Sequence record: NC_017969.1
DNA: 64,000 nucleotides
Reading direction: 5' to 3' (one strand)
Source: Escherichia phage vB_EcoS_AKFV33
Shown here: piece after piece, positions 28,982-37,221 of the stretch
How the letters are laid out: the number at the start of each line of letters is the position of its first letter
Numbering within the stretch: the first letter of the stretch is position 1
Notes under the pieces: generated by a model
The model's input: only the letters and a program-made list of their open reading frames with translations
Database searches by the model: none
Told to the model about the DNA's origin: nothing
Program-made: the position numbers and the translations under genes

Positions 28982-29266
28982 ATGCTTACAGAGCCTGATG
29001 CTCACCAATTATTGGTCGGTTCCTCATTCATTTTGAATGAATCAACAATAGTTGATAATCCAAATAAATTGTCTAACAGACAACTGGCAGAATATCTAGG
29101 AATTTTAAGTCTACGAAATTATGCCGAATACAAGTTTACAAACGATCCTAGTTTGGACATACAATATGTTCCAGTATGGATACCACGTTTAGTAATCGAC
29201 ACTAACCCACTAATCGCAATTAACAAATCAAAATTAATCTTTAAAGAGGAAATAAAATATGGCTAA
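28982..29266 (+). CDS. hypothetical protein
   Basis: 94 aa; no in-frame ATG upstream back to the preceding stop. Confidence 0.4.
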   Translation: MLTEPDAHQLLVGSSFILNESTIVDNPNKLSNRQLAEYLGILSLRNYAEYKFTNDPSLDIQYVPVWIPRLVIDTNPLIAINKSKLIFKEEIKYG

Positions 29267-30032
29267 GTCTTGGGGCGAAACTACTGGCGGTTCTAACGAT
29301 AAAATCGAATTCCTGAAGTTCAACAACGGTATCACTCGTGTTCGTATCGTTTCTGGTGTTCTTCCACGTTATGTCTATTGGCTGACTAATAAAGAGGGTA
29401 ACGTAGCTCCTTTCGAATGTCTCCGTTTTAACCGTGACAAAGAGAGCTTTGTTCGTGGTAAAGCTGACCCGGTTCATGAGATGGGCTTCTTTGAGAAAGA
29501 GCTGGATAAAGATGGTAATCGTGTTCCCCTGAAACCGAAGAAAAACTATATCGCTTTTGTTATCGACCGTTCTGATAACAAACTGAAAGTAATGGAAGTC
29601 AAGGCTACTATTCTGAAGGGCATCCAGTCTATCATGAAGCAGCTGAGCCTGGCAACTCCGTTTGATATTGATATTTCTATCGAGAAAAAAGGTAAAGGTT
29701 TCGATACTGAGTATGATGTACAGCAGATTGCTGCTATGCAGTTCCAGATTAAGCTGCAAGATCCTAACAGTGCAGAATCTAAGCAATATGCTGCGGATGT
29801 CGATCTGATCGGTGAAGCTATGTGTGATAAAGATGGCGACATCATTAAGTTCGAAAAAGTTCCTTCTCTGGAACAAACCTATCCGGTTCCTACCTATGAA
29901 GAGCAGAAAGAAGCAATTCTAGCCTTCATGGAGGGTCGCGAGAATAAAGATGATGATGCCAAATCTGGTAATAGCAATGCAGGTTCCCAGAAAGGTATTG
30001 ACTCAGAAGCTGCAAGCGATCTGGACGACTAA
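29259..30032 (+). CDS. hypothetical abundant protein with acidic C-terminal tail (ssDNA-binding protein candidate)
   Basis: 257 aa; high-expression codon bias; Asp/Glu-rich C-terminus ending ASDLDD, as seen in phage SSBs; the function is inferred only. Confidence 0.4.
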   Translation: MAKSWGETTGGSNDKIEFLKFNNGITRVRIVSGVLPRYVYWLTNKEGNVAPFECLRFNRDKESFVRGKADPVHEMGFFEKELDKDGNRVPLKPKKNYIAFVIDRSDNKLKVMEVKATILKGIQSIMKQLSLATPFDIDISIEKKGKGFDTEYDVQQIAAMQFQIKLQDPNSAESKQYAADVDLIGEAMCDKDGDIIKFEKVPSLEQTYPVPTYEEQKEAILAFMEGRENKDDDAKSGNSNAGSQKGIDSEAASDLDD

Positions 30033-30038
30033 TAAATA

Positions 30039-30064
30039 GAGGGGCTTCGGCCCCTTTCTTTTTA
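30039..30064 (+). terminator. rho-independent terminator
   Basis: GGGGC-TTCG-GCCCC hairpin followed by TTTCTTTTT. Confidence 0.8.
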
Positions 30065-30068
30065 ACCA

Positions 30069-31046
30069 ATGAGAATATTATTTAGTGCTGATCATCATAT
30101 CAAACTAGGACAAGATAAAATTCCAAAGGAATGGCAGAAGCGTCGCTTCCTGATGCTAGGAGAACGGTTAAATGATATATTCCATAATCATAACTGTGAT
30201 CTTCATATTGCTGGTGGTGATATACTTGATGTTGCCGACCCGTCGTCAGAAGAAATAGAACTGCTTGAACAGTTCATGTCAAGACTTGACCATCCAGGCA
30301 AAATCTTTACTGGAAATCATGAAATGTTAACGAAAACCATTTCATGCCTATATCATTATGCAGGAGTTATTAATAAAGTAACGAGTGGGAAGTGGGAGGT
30401 AGTTACCAAACCATATCGTTCCCCTGAATTTGATATTGTTCCGTATGATGAAATCCATAAGTCTAAGTGGAAACCATCTGAATCAAAACTATGTTTCACG
30501 CATGTTCGTGGTGAAATCCCTCCACATGTAAAACCAGAAATTGATCTAACTAAGTACAACTGTTATGATACTGTAATTGCTGGCGATTTACACTCTTATA
30601 CTAATAGCCAGACTATCGGATCTACCAGACTCCTCTACCCAGGGTCTCCATTAACTACATCGTTCCATAGAGAACGCACAAAAGGTACAAATGGTTGCTT
30701 TATCGTTGATACCGACACATTAAAAGTAGAATGGATTGAACTAGGTGATTTACCACAACTGATTCGTAAAACAATCGGAGTTGGTGAAGAGATGGAACCT
30801 AGTGATTATGATCGTGTAGTCTATGAAGTTACTGGTGACGTTGTTCAATTAAAGTCTATCAAAGACTCTGATTTATTAGATAAGAAGATTAACCATCGAG
30901 TTACTAAAGACGCTAAGTTAAATCTTGTTGATCTTGATATGTTAGGTGAACTTGAACTTTACTTCCGTGAAGTTGAGAAGCTATCTCAAGGCGACATTGA
31001 TAGAATCTTGGCTAGAGCTGCGAAATATGTCAAAGATTACAATTAA
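30069..31046 (+). CDS. SbcD/Mre11-like nuclease
   Basis: 325 aa; calcineurin-like phosphoesterase motifs SADHH, GGDILD, GNHE. Confidence 0.85.
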   Translation: MRILFSADHHIKLGQDKIPKEWQKRRFLMLGERLNDIFHNHNCDLHIAGGDILDVADPSSEEIELLEQFMSRLDHPGKIFTGNHEMLTKTISCLYHYAGVINKVTSGKWEVVTKPYRSPEFDIVPYDEIHKSKWKPSESKLCFTHVRGEIPPHVKPEIDLTKYNCYDTVIAGDLHSYTNSQTIGSTRLLYPGSPLTTSFHRERTKGTNGCFIVDTDTLKVEWIELGDLPQLIRKTIGVGEEMEPSDYDRVVYEVTGDVVQLKSIKDSDLLDKKINHRVTKDAKLNLVDLDMLGELELYFREVEKLSQGDIDRILARAAKYVKDYN

Positions 31047-32865
31047 GACACTAAAATTTAGTAACGTTATGTCTTACGGTAAGGACATCGTAATCCATTT
31101 CGATAAGAATCCAGTTACTCAACTAATTGGGGGCAATGGGCTAGGGAAATCCACCATTGCTACTGTTATTGAAGAACTCTTTTATAATAAGAACTCACGC
31201 GGTATTAAGAAAGATGCTCTGTTCTCTTGGTCTTCCCCGAAAAAAGAGTATGATATGCACGCTTACTTCTCGAAAGATGAAGATGAGTACGAACTGCATA
31301 AAGTAGTTAAATCAACTGCTAAAGTAACTCTTATTAAGAATGGAGAAGATATTAGTGGACACACGGCAACTCAAACATACAAGATGATTGAAGAGATTAT
31401 GGGTGGTGACTTCCAAACATTCACCAAACTGATTTATCAATCAGTGGGTTCCAATCTAGACTTTCTAAAAGCAACAGATGCAACACGTAAGGCTTTTCTT
31501 GTTAACTTGTTCAATCAAGAACAGTATAAAGAAATGTCAGAAACTATTAAGGCTGACCGTAAAGAAATAGCAAATACCTTAAATAATTTGCAGGGCCAAA
31601 TGGCTGTAATTACGAAAATCCTTAATGGAAAGAATAATCTGGGAACTTTGCAGGAACCTGTAGAAGTACCAGAGTTTGATGAAGAGCCATTAGCACAAGA
31701 ACTTACTGAATCGAAAATTAAGGCGGCATTAGCCAAGTCTCAAGAGGCTAATATTACTAAATTGCGTAATTTGGACAAAGCTGTACAAGTTGCCGAACAA
31801 TCTTTCGAGCCTTTCAAAAATTTACCCGCGCCCACTGACCAAAATGAAGAGATCTCGAGTGTTACGCGTGACCTAACGATTGTGACCTCACGTGCGAGCG
31901 AAGTTAAGAAACGTTATCAGAAGTTCAAGCAAGAGGCTTCAAATACTGAATGTCCTACCTGTGGTACTCATCTGGATACAACTGCTGCGCAAAAAGCAAT
32001 GGATATGGCTAGAACAGAATATGATCCTCTGTTCAAAGAGAAGCAATCTCTTGAAGCTAAGCTAGAACAGTTGAAGAAAGAACAACTTGAGTACGTTGCA
32101 TATACTAGAGCAAAGGATGCTTTGGATAAGGCAGTAGCAGCTAGAGACGAGTTCAAAAATTCAATGAGTGATGCTTCTTTTGAAGAACTCAATGTGCAAA
32201 TCCTACAGGTGCAAATCCGACAATTAGAACAGGAAATAGCTGATGGACGTTCTAAGGTTGCAATTGCTAAAGAACATAATGCAAATGTTGAGTTAGCCAA
32301 TGCAAAATATAAGGCGAAACTAGAACAGATTGAGAAAGCTGAGGCAGAAATGTCTGAGATTACTTCCAAACTGGATGGAGTATCAGAAGCTGTTGCTGAT
32401 CTCGATATTCTGATTGCTGCATTAAAGAATCTAGTAGGATATAAGCTAGAGCATAGTGTGAAAGTATTTGAAGAACTAATTAATAAATACCTTTCCATTA
32501 TGACTGGTGGTAAGTTCGCACTTGGATTTGAGCTTGATGAAACAAAATTACAAGTAGTAATCTTCAATGATGGAAATCGTACCAGTATGGAGAACTGCTC
32601 TACTGGTCAACAGAGTAGAATTAACCTAGCAACCCTGTTAGCTATTCGGATGCTGTTAACATCTATTAGTAAAGTTAATATTAATCTTCTATTCCTTGAT
32701 GAAGTAATTAGCTTTATTGATACAAAAGGACTTGATACTCTTGTTGAATTATTAAATGAGGAAGAAAGTCTAAATTCTATCATTGTTTCTCATGGGCATA
32801 CGCATCCACTAGCTCATAAGATTACTGTCAAAAAAGATGCAGAAGGATTTTCCTACTTAGAATAA
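31027..32865 (+). CDS. SbcC/Rad50-like ATPase
   Basis: N-terminal Walker A GGNGLGKST, long central coiled coil, C-terminal Walker B LLFLDEV; start placed at ATG 31027 (track begins at 30946, overlapping sbcD). Confidence 0.85.
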   Translation: MSKITIKTLKFSNVMSYGKDIVIHFDKNPVTQLIGGNGLGKSTIATVIEELFYNKNSRGIKKDALFSWSSPKKEYDMHAYFSKDEDEYELHKVVKSTAKVTLIKNGEDISGHTATQTYKMIEEIMGGDFQTFTKLIYQSVGSNLDFLKATDATRKAFLVNLFNQEQYKEMSETIKADRKEIANTLNNLQGQMAVITKILNGKNNLGTLQEPVEVPEFDEEPLAQELTESKIKAALAKSQEANITKLRNLDKAVQVAEQSFEPFKNLPAPTDQNEEISSVTRDLTIVTSRASEVKKRYQKFKQEASNTECPTCGTHLDTTAAQKAMDMARTEYDPLFKEKQSLEAKLEQLKKEQLEYVAYTRAKDALDKAVAARDEFKNSMSDASFEELNVQILQVQIRQLEQEIADGRSKVAIAKEHNANVELANAKYKAKLEQIEKAEAEMSEITSKLDGVSEAVADLDILIAALKNLVGYKLEHSVKVFEELINKYLSIMTGGKFALGFELDETKLQVVIFNDGNRTSMENCSTGQQSRINLATLLAIRMLLTSISKVNINLLFLDEVISFIDTKGLDTLVELLNEEESLNSIIVSHGHTHPLAHKITVKKDAEGFSYLE

Positions 32866-32868
32866 AAC

Positions 32869-33351
32869 ATGGCTGTAGATAGTAGAGAGAAAGGTAAACG
32901 CGGTGAATATCAGGTAAGAGATATTCTACGTGAGCGTACAGGTCTTGAGTGGGAACGTGTTCCTGGCTCTGGTGCTTTTGGCCAGAGCCATGGACTGAAG
33001 GGTGACATCTACCTTCCACCACAAAGTGGACACATTAGTAAATACTGCTTCGAAGTTAAGTGGTATAAAGATGATAATATATCAAGTAATTTATTTAATG
33101 TTGGTGAATCCACTCTAGAGAAGTGGTGGCAGCAGTGCTCACGTGAAGGTGAGCAGATGAACTCAAAACCTGCATTAATATTCAAGAAAGACAGAGGACA
33201 GTGGTTAATAGCTTTGGATAGCTCAGACCCGATGGTTGACAACTTAATGAGTCGTACCCATATGGTGTTAAATAAGAAAGACATGGAAATCGTAATTGGT
33301 TTATTTGAGCCGTGGCTACATCATGCATCTGTTGAGGACTTAATTAAATAA
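32869..33351 (+). CDS. putative nuclease (possible PD-(D/E)xK fold)
   Basis: 160 aa; GDIYL ... FEVK spacing suggests a restriction-endonuclease-like motif; sits between sbcC and the flap endonuclease. Confidence 0.35.
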   Translation: MAVDSREKGKRGEYQVRDILRERTGLEWERVPGSGAFGQSHGLKGDIYLPPQSGHISKYCFEVKWYKDDNISSNLFNVGESTLEKWWQQCSREGEQMNSKPALIFKKDRGQWLIALDSSDPMVDNLMSRTHMVLNKKDMEIVIGLFEPWLHHASVEDLIK

Positions 33352-34226
33352 TGAGTAAATCCTGGGGAAAATTTATTGAAGAAGAGGAAGCTGAAATGGC
33401 TTCCCGTCGTAACCTAATGATTGTCGATGGAACTAACTTAGGCTTTCGCTTCAAACATAACAATAGTAAAAAACCATTTGCCTCAAGTTATGTTTCCACT
33501 ATTCAGTCTCTAGCAAAATCTTATTCTGCTAGAACTACAATAGTTTTAGGGGATAAAGGGAAGTCTGCATTCCGCTTAGAGCATCTACCAGAGTATAAAG
33601 GGAATCGAGATGAGAAATACTCTCAGCGTACGGAAGAGGAGAAAGCGTTAGATGAGCAGTTCTTCGAGTATTTGAAAGATGCTTTCGAACTATGTGAAAC
33701 TACATTCCCAACTTTCACTATTCGTGGTGTAGAAGCAGATGATATGGCAGCTTATATTGTTAAGCTGATCGGGCATCTATATGATCACGTTTGGCTGATT
33801 TCTACTGACGGTGACTGGGATACTTTATTAACTGATAAAGTATCTCGCTTCTCTTTCACAACACGTCGTGAATACCATCTTCGTGATATGTATGAGCATC
33901 ATAATGTTGACGATGTAGAGCAGTTTATCTCTCTGAAAGCAATTATGGGTGATTTAGGAGATAATATCCGTGGTGTTGAAGGTATTGGGGCAAAACGCGG
34001 ATATAATATTATTCGTGAATTTGGTAACGTTCTGGATATTATTGATCAGCTTCCACTGCCTGGAAAACAGAAATATATACAGAATTTAAATGCTTCGGAA
34101 GAATTGCTTTATCGAAACCTAATTCTGGTTGATTTACCTACCTACTGTGTGGATGCTATTGCTGCTGTAGGTCAAGATGTATTAGATAAGTTTACAAAAG
34201 ATATTTTGGAGATTGCAAAACAATGA
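33351..34226 (+). CDS. flap endonuclease / 5'-3' exonuclease (T5 D15-like)
   Basis: 291 aa; the N-terminus MSKSWGKFIEEEEAEMASRRNLMIVDGTNLGFRF matches my recollection of T5 D15 almost residue for residue. Confidence 0.93.
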   Translation: MSKSWGKFIEEEEAEMASRRNLMIVDGTNLGFRFKHNNSKKPFASSYVSTIQSLAKSYSARTTIVLGDKGKSAFRLEHLPEYKGNRDEKYSQRTEEEKALDEQFFEYLKDAFELCETTFPTFTIRGVEADDMAAYIVKLIGHLYDHVWLISTDGDWDTLLTDKVSRFSFTTRREYHLRDMYEHHNVDDVEQFISLKAIMGDLGDNIRGVEGIGAKRGYNIIREFGNVLDIIDQLPLPGKQKYIQNLNASEELLYRNLILVDLPTYCVDAIAAVGQDVLDKFTKDILEIAKQ

Positions 34227-34669
34227 TTAAAATTAAACTAACTCATCCAGATTGTATGCCTAAGATTGGTTCCGAAGATGCCGCAGGTATGGATCTGCGA
34301 GCATTCTTTGGTACTAACCCTGCTGCAGATTTACGTGCTATTGCACCAGGCAAATCCTTAATGATTGACACCGGTGTCGCGGTAGAAATTCCGCGAGGTT
34401 GGTTCGGTTTGGTAGTTCCACGTAGTTCTTTAGGTAAACGCCATCTGATGATTGCAAATACAGCAGGGGTGATCGACTCAGACTATCGTGGAACTATTAA
34501 GATGAACCTGTTCAACTACGGTTCTGAAATTCAAACTCTGGAGAATTTTGAAAGACTTTGTCAGCTAGTAGTAGTACCACACTACTCAACTCATAATTTT
34601 GAAATCGTTGACGAACTAGGAGAGACTAATCGTGGGGAAGGTGGATTTGGAAGTTCAGGAAGCAAATAA
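34223..34669 (+). CDS. dut: dUTPase
   Basis: 148 aa; dUTPase motifs AAGMDLRA, IANTAGVIDSDYRG, RGEGGFGSSG. Confidence 0.9.
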   Translation: MIKIKLTHPDCMPKIGSEDAAGMDLRAFFGTNPAADLRAIAPGKSLMIDTGVAVEIPRGWFGLVVPRSSLGKRHLMIANTAGVIDSDYRGTIKMNLFNYGSEIQTLENFERLCQLVVVPHYSTHNFEIVDELGETNRGEGGFGSSGSK

Positions 34670-34895
34670 TTTTACTGATCCTAATATGATAGGTATTGAT
34701 ACTAATATGTCAACTTATCAGATTAAAACTGCTGAACCAGAAACGGTTGTACTAAAAACAGATAAAGAAGGTAATGTTATTTTCTGGGATCCTGAAGGTT
34801 TTGTGAATCTTTGTACTAATACAGATAATGAGCATTTAAAAATACTATTAGCTATTTATAATCTTGGTATTATAGAAGGTTGTAGAAGAGAATAA
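34632..34895 (+). CDS. hypothetical protein
   Basis: 87 aa; GTG start with an AGGAG Shine-Dalgarno inside the dut 3' end; last plus-strand early ORF. Confidence 0.4.
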   Translation: MGKVDLEVQEANNFTDPNMIGIDTNMSTYQIKTAEPETVVLKTDKEGNVIFWDPEGFVNLCTNTDNEHLKILLAIYNLGIIEGCRRE

Positions 34896-34896
34896 T

Positions 34897-34936
34897 AGAA
34901 AAAACCCCAGCGGATTTTGTCCGCTGGGGTTTCTTA
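34897..34936. terminator. bidirectional rho-independent terminator at the early/late convergence point
   Basis: CCCCAGCGG-ATTTTGT-CCGCTGGGG hairpin flanked by an A-run upstream and a T-run downstream. Confidence 0.85.
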
Positions 34937-35270
34937 TTATGATATTAGCTAATATTTTTAGTTTGCCCCTATTTGAGTGGGTTATTTAGATGTTTTTAGT
35001 GCCACTATCCCTGCCACCAAATCCTACGTTTGTCTACTTAGATACTAGACAAATCCTAGTAGACTACAAGGGTTGGGGCTACTCTAGGCCTATCTCTACC
35101 ATGCCAGGATCATGAATGCCTTTTAAGCTCCGTTGTTATATTTGGTATATTAAAATACTATACCCTCTCGTTGGCGATAACACCGAAGTTGGCCATACAT
35201 ATTACGGCCAACATCAGAATAGGATAGAAAATTCTACATCTACAGAATTTTTATAGGAATCCAGGTAACG

Positions 35271-36944
35271 TTACTTCTGTACCATTAGGTTGACCAGCTC
35301 TCTGAGTTCAGCTAATTCAGCTTTCACCTCAGCCAACTCCCTATCCTGCTCCTGTACTACTGCCACGATATCTGCTAGTATCGCACGATCGTTCAGGTTG
35401 AGCATTCCAGACATGCTACCGGAAAACGCGTAAATCTCATCCGCTTCTTTAGCTTCCTGAGCAATAAATCCTCGATCTTTACGCCCATCTGATAGCCATT
35501 CAAACTCACGCGCAATAAGGTGGTTAATACGGTCGCGGGGGGTGTTACCTTCCGTATTGGTGATGTCTGTGATCTTGTCTTTTAGGCGACGATCTGAACC
35601 GCCAGGTTGGATAAGGCCTAAATTAGTGTCGATACATGAATTTTCCCATTTAAACGCCCAATATTTATTACCGCCTACGGCTCTAGTAATATTTAGTTGT
35701 ACGGCTCTAAATTGTGTACTACCTTCACGTATGCCACCAAATTCCCATCTATCATCATACCAATGACCACGAATAATATTTACGTAGGTATTACCTTCGC
35801 TACTAGGAGTAACATTGAAAAACTCGATGGCGTTGGGCTCTCCAGTATTACCTACATAGAAACCACCTAGCCCTGGAACCGTTACCGCACCACCTGAGCT
35901 AACAGACATTACCTCCCTAGACGTACCTTCTTGTCCTTTCACTTCAAGCGCAGAATAAAAATCTGTCCCAAAACGGATCTTGGTACGCAATTGTGAGACG
36001 TATGCTTCCGCACCTGCAATATTGTACACAGATCGCACAGCGCCGCCATATGCCGTTACGCCGCTTGCGGGTTCGGTTGCATCGCCATTAATGACACTCC
36101 ATGATGTATTTGCTGCAATAAATCCACCGGACGCACGGATTACCCACACACCGACAAAGTTGCGCGTAAGGATTTCATCAGTGGATGCGCCATAAATCGG
36201 ACTTGAAATTGAAGCATTGAAGTCACAGGTGTTATAACGTCCAGAAAGAGCTGTACTTCCTGGTGGGATTCCGTCACCTCTTCCGTCAGGGAAAGCATTA
36301 TTGCTTGCATTAAAACAACCACCTGTTTGACCTAATACTTGGCCGTAGGTTTGAGAGGCATAAGTGGTGAAAAAACCTGTAATATTAGGCGCAGCGGATT
36401 CGAACAGTTGCCCATTTGCACCACTATTCCCACCATCTCCACGGCCATAAAGAGCACGTATTGATCCCTCCTGCACCCCATTCTTATCTGGAACACGAAA
36501 GGTTGTTGTCCCATCCCCAGATGAGTACTTACCACGCTGAAATTTATCCGCTAACCATACGGAATCCTCTATAACACCAACCATTTGAGCGTATGCCCAA
36601 AGCTCCGGCCAGTCAGCCCTGTTAAGAAGCTGCCCATCAGAAACTACTTCATAAGGTTGAATATACGCACGGCTATCGCGAAGGTGGAAATCACCAACAC
36701 CGTAATTCATAACACCATTCATAGTGGGACCGACTGTACCGGTGTTAATCTTATTCTCTACCCAACGTTTAGTTGCGGCATCATAGTCCCCAACAGGATC
36801 TCCCGCAAGAGGGGTGGACCCAATAGGACGCACATTTAACCATGCTGCTGCACGGTCTGCAAGATCGGATAAATTGTTGTTTTTATCCATCTTTTCGTCT
36901 TTAAGTTTTGTAATATCCTGGGGGATATTAGTATAAGTAGTCAT
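35271..36944 (-). CDS. tail fiber protein with C-terminal intramolecular chaperone (peptidase S74-like) domain
   Basis: 557 aa; C-terminal GGSDRRLKDKITDI ... coiled-coil tail typical of auto-cleaving fiber chaperone domains; Gly-rich beta-rich body. Confidence 0.7.
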   Translation of the reverse strand: MTTYTNIPQDITKLKDEKMDKNNNLSDLADRAAAWLNVRPIGSTPLAGDPVGDYDAATKRWVENKINTGTVGPTMNGVMNYGVGDFHLRDSRAYIQPYEVVSDGQLLNRADWPELWAYAQMVGVIEDSVWLADKFQRGKYSSGDGTTTFRVPDKNGVQEGSIRALYGRGDGGNSGANGQLFESAAPNITGFFTTYASQTYGQVLGQTGGCFNASNNAFPDGRGDGIPPGSTALSGRYNTCDFNASISSPIYGASTDEILTRNFVGVWVIRASGGFIAANTSWSVINGDATEPASGVTAYGGAVRSVYNIAGAEAYVSQLRTKIRFGTDFYSALEVKGQEGTSREVMSVSSGGAVTVPGLGGFYVGNTGEPNAIEFFNVTPSSEGNTYVNIIRGHWYDDRWEFGGIREGSTQFRAVQLNITRAVGGNKYWAFKWENSCIDTNLGLIQPGGSDRRLKDKITDITNTEGNTPRDRINHLIAREFEWLSDGRKDRGFIAQEAKEADEIYAFSGSMSGMLNLNDRAILADIVAVVQEQDRELAEVKAELAELRELVNLMVQK

Positions 36945-36954
36945 TAATCACCTC

Positions 36955-37221
36955 TTATGCCCATTTGCGTACACCGGGATTCTCAATAATGAATTGTTCG
37001 ATGTCTGACAAGTCTATATTATCTCCTACTATCCTTATATTTATGTAATAACCTTCTTTACCAATAATAGCAGGGGTTTTACTTTTAGGGTCGTCTACCA
37101 TGGGGATAAAACCAATTTCATCTATAAACACGTTACCGTAGTTTGTCTTAAGCCACCCACTATCAACGACAACATCCCGATAATGTTTTTCATCCTTGAA
37201 TTGTAAATTAATATCTTTCAC
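36955..37221 (-). CDS. hypothetical protein between the two fiber genes
   Basis: 88 aa. Confidence 0.4.
   Translation of the reverse strand: MKDINLQFKDEKHYRDVVVDSGWLKTNYGNVFIDEIGFIPMVDDPKSKTPAIIGKEGYYINIRIVGDNIDLSDIEQFIIENPGVRKWA

Noticed and set aside
31968-32567. 199 aa ORF antisense to sbcC
   Set aside because: Antisense to the coiled-coil region; low-complexity Ser/Ala translation typical of a mirror frame.
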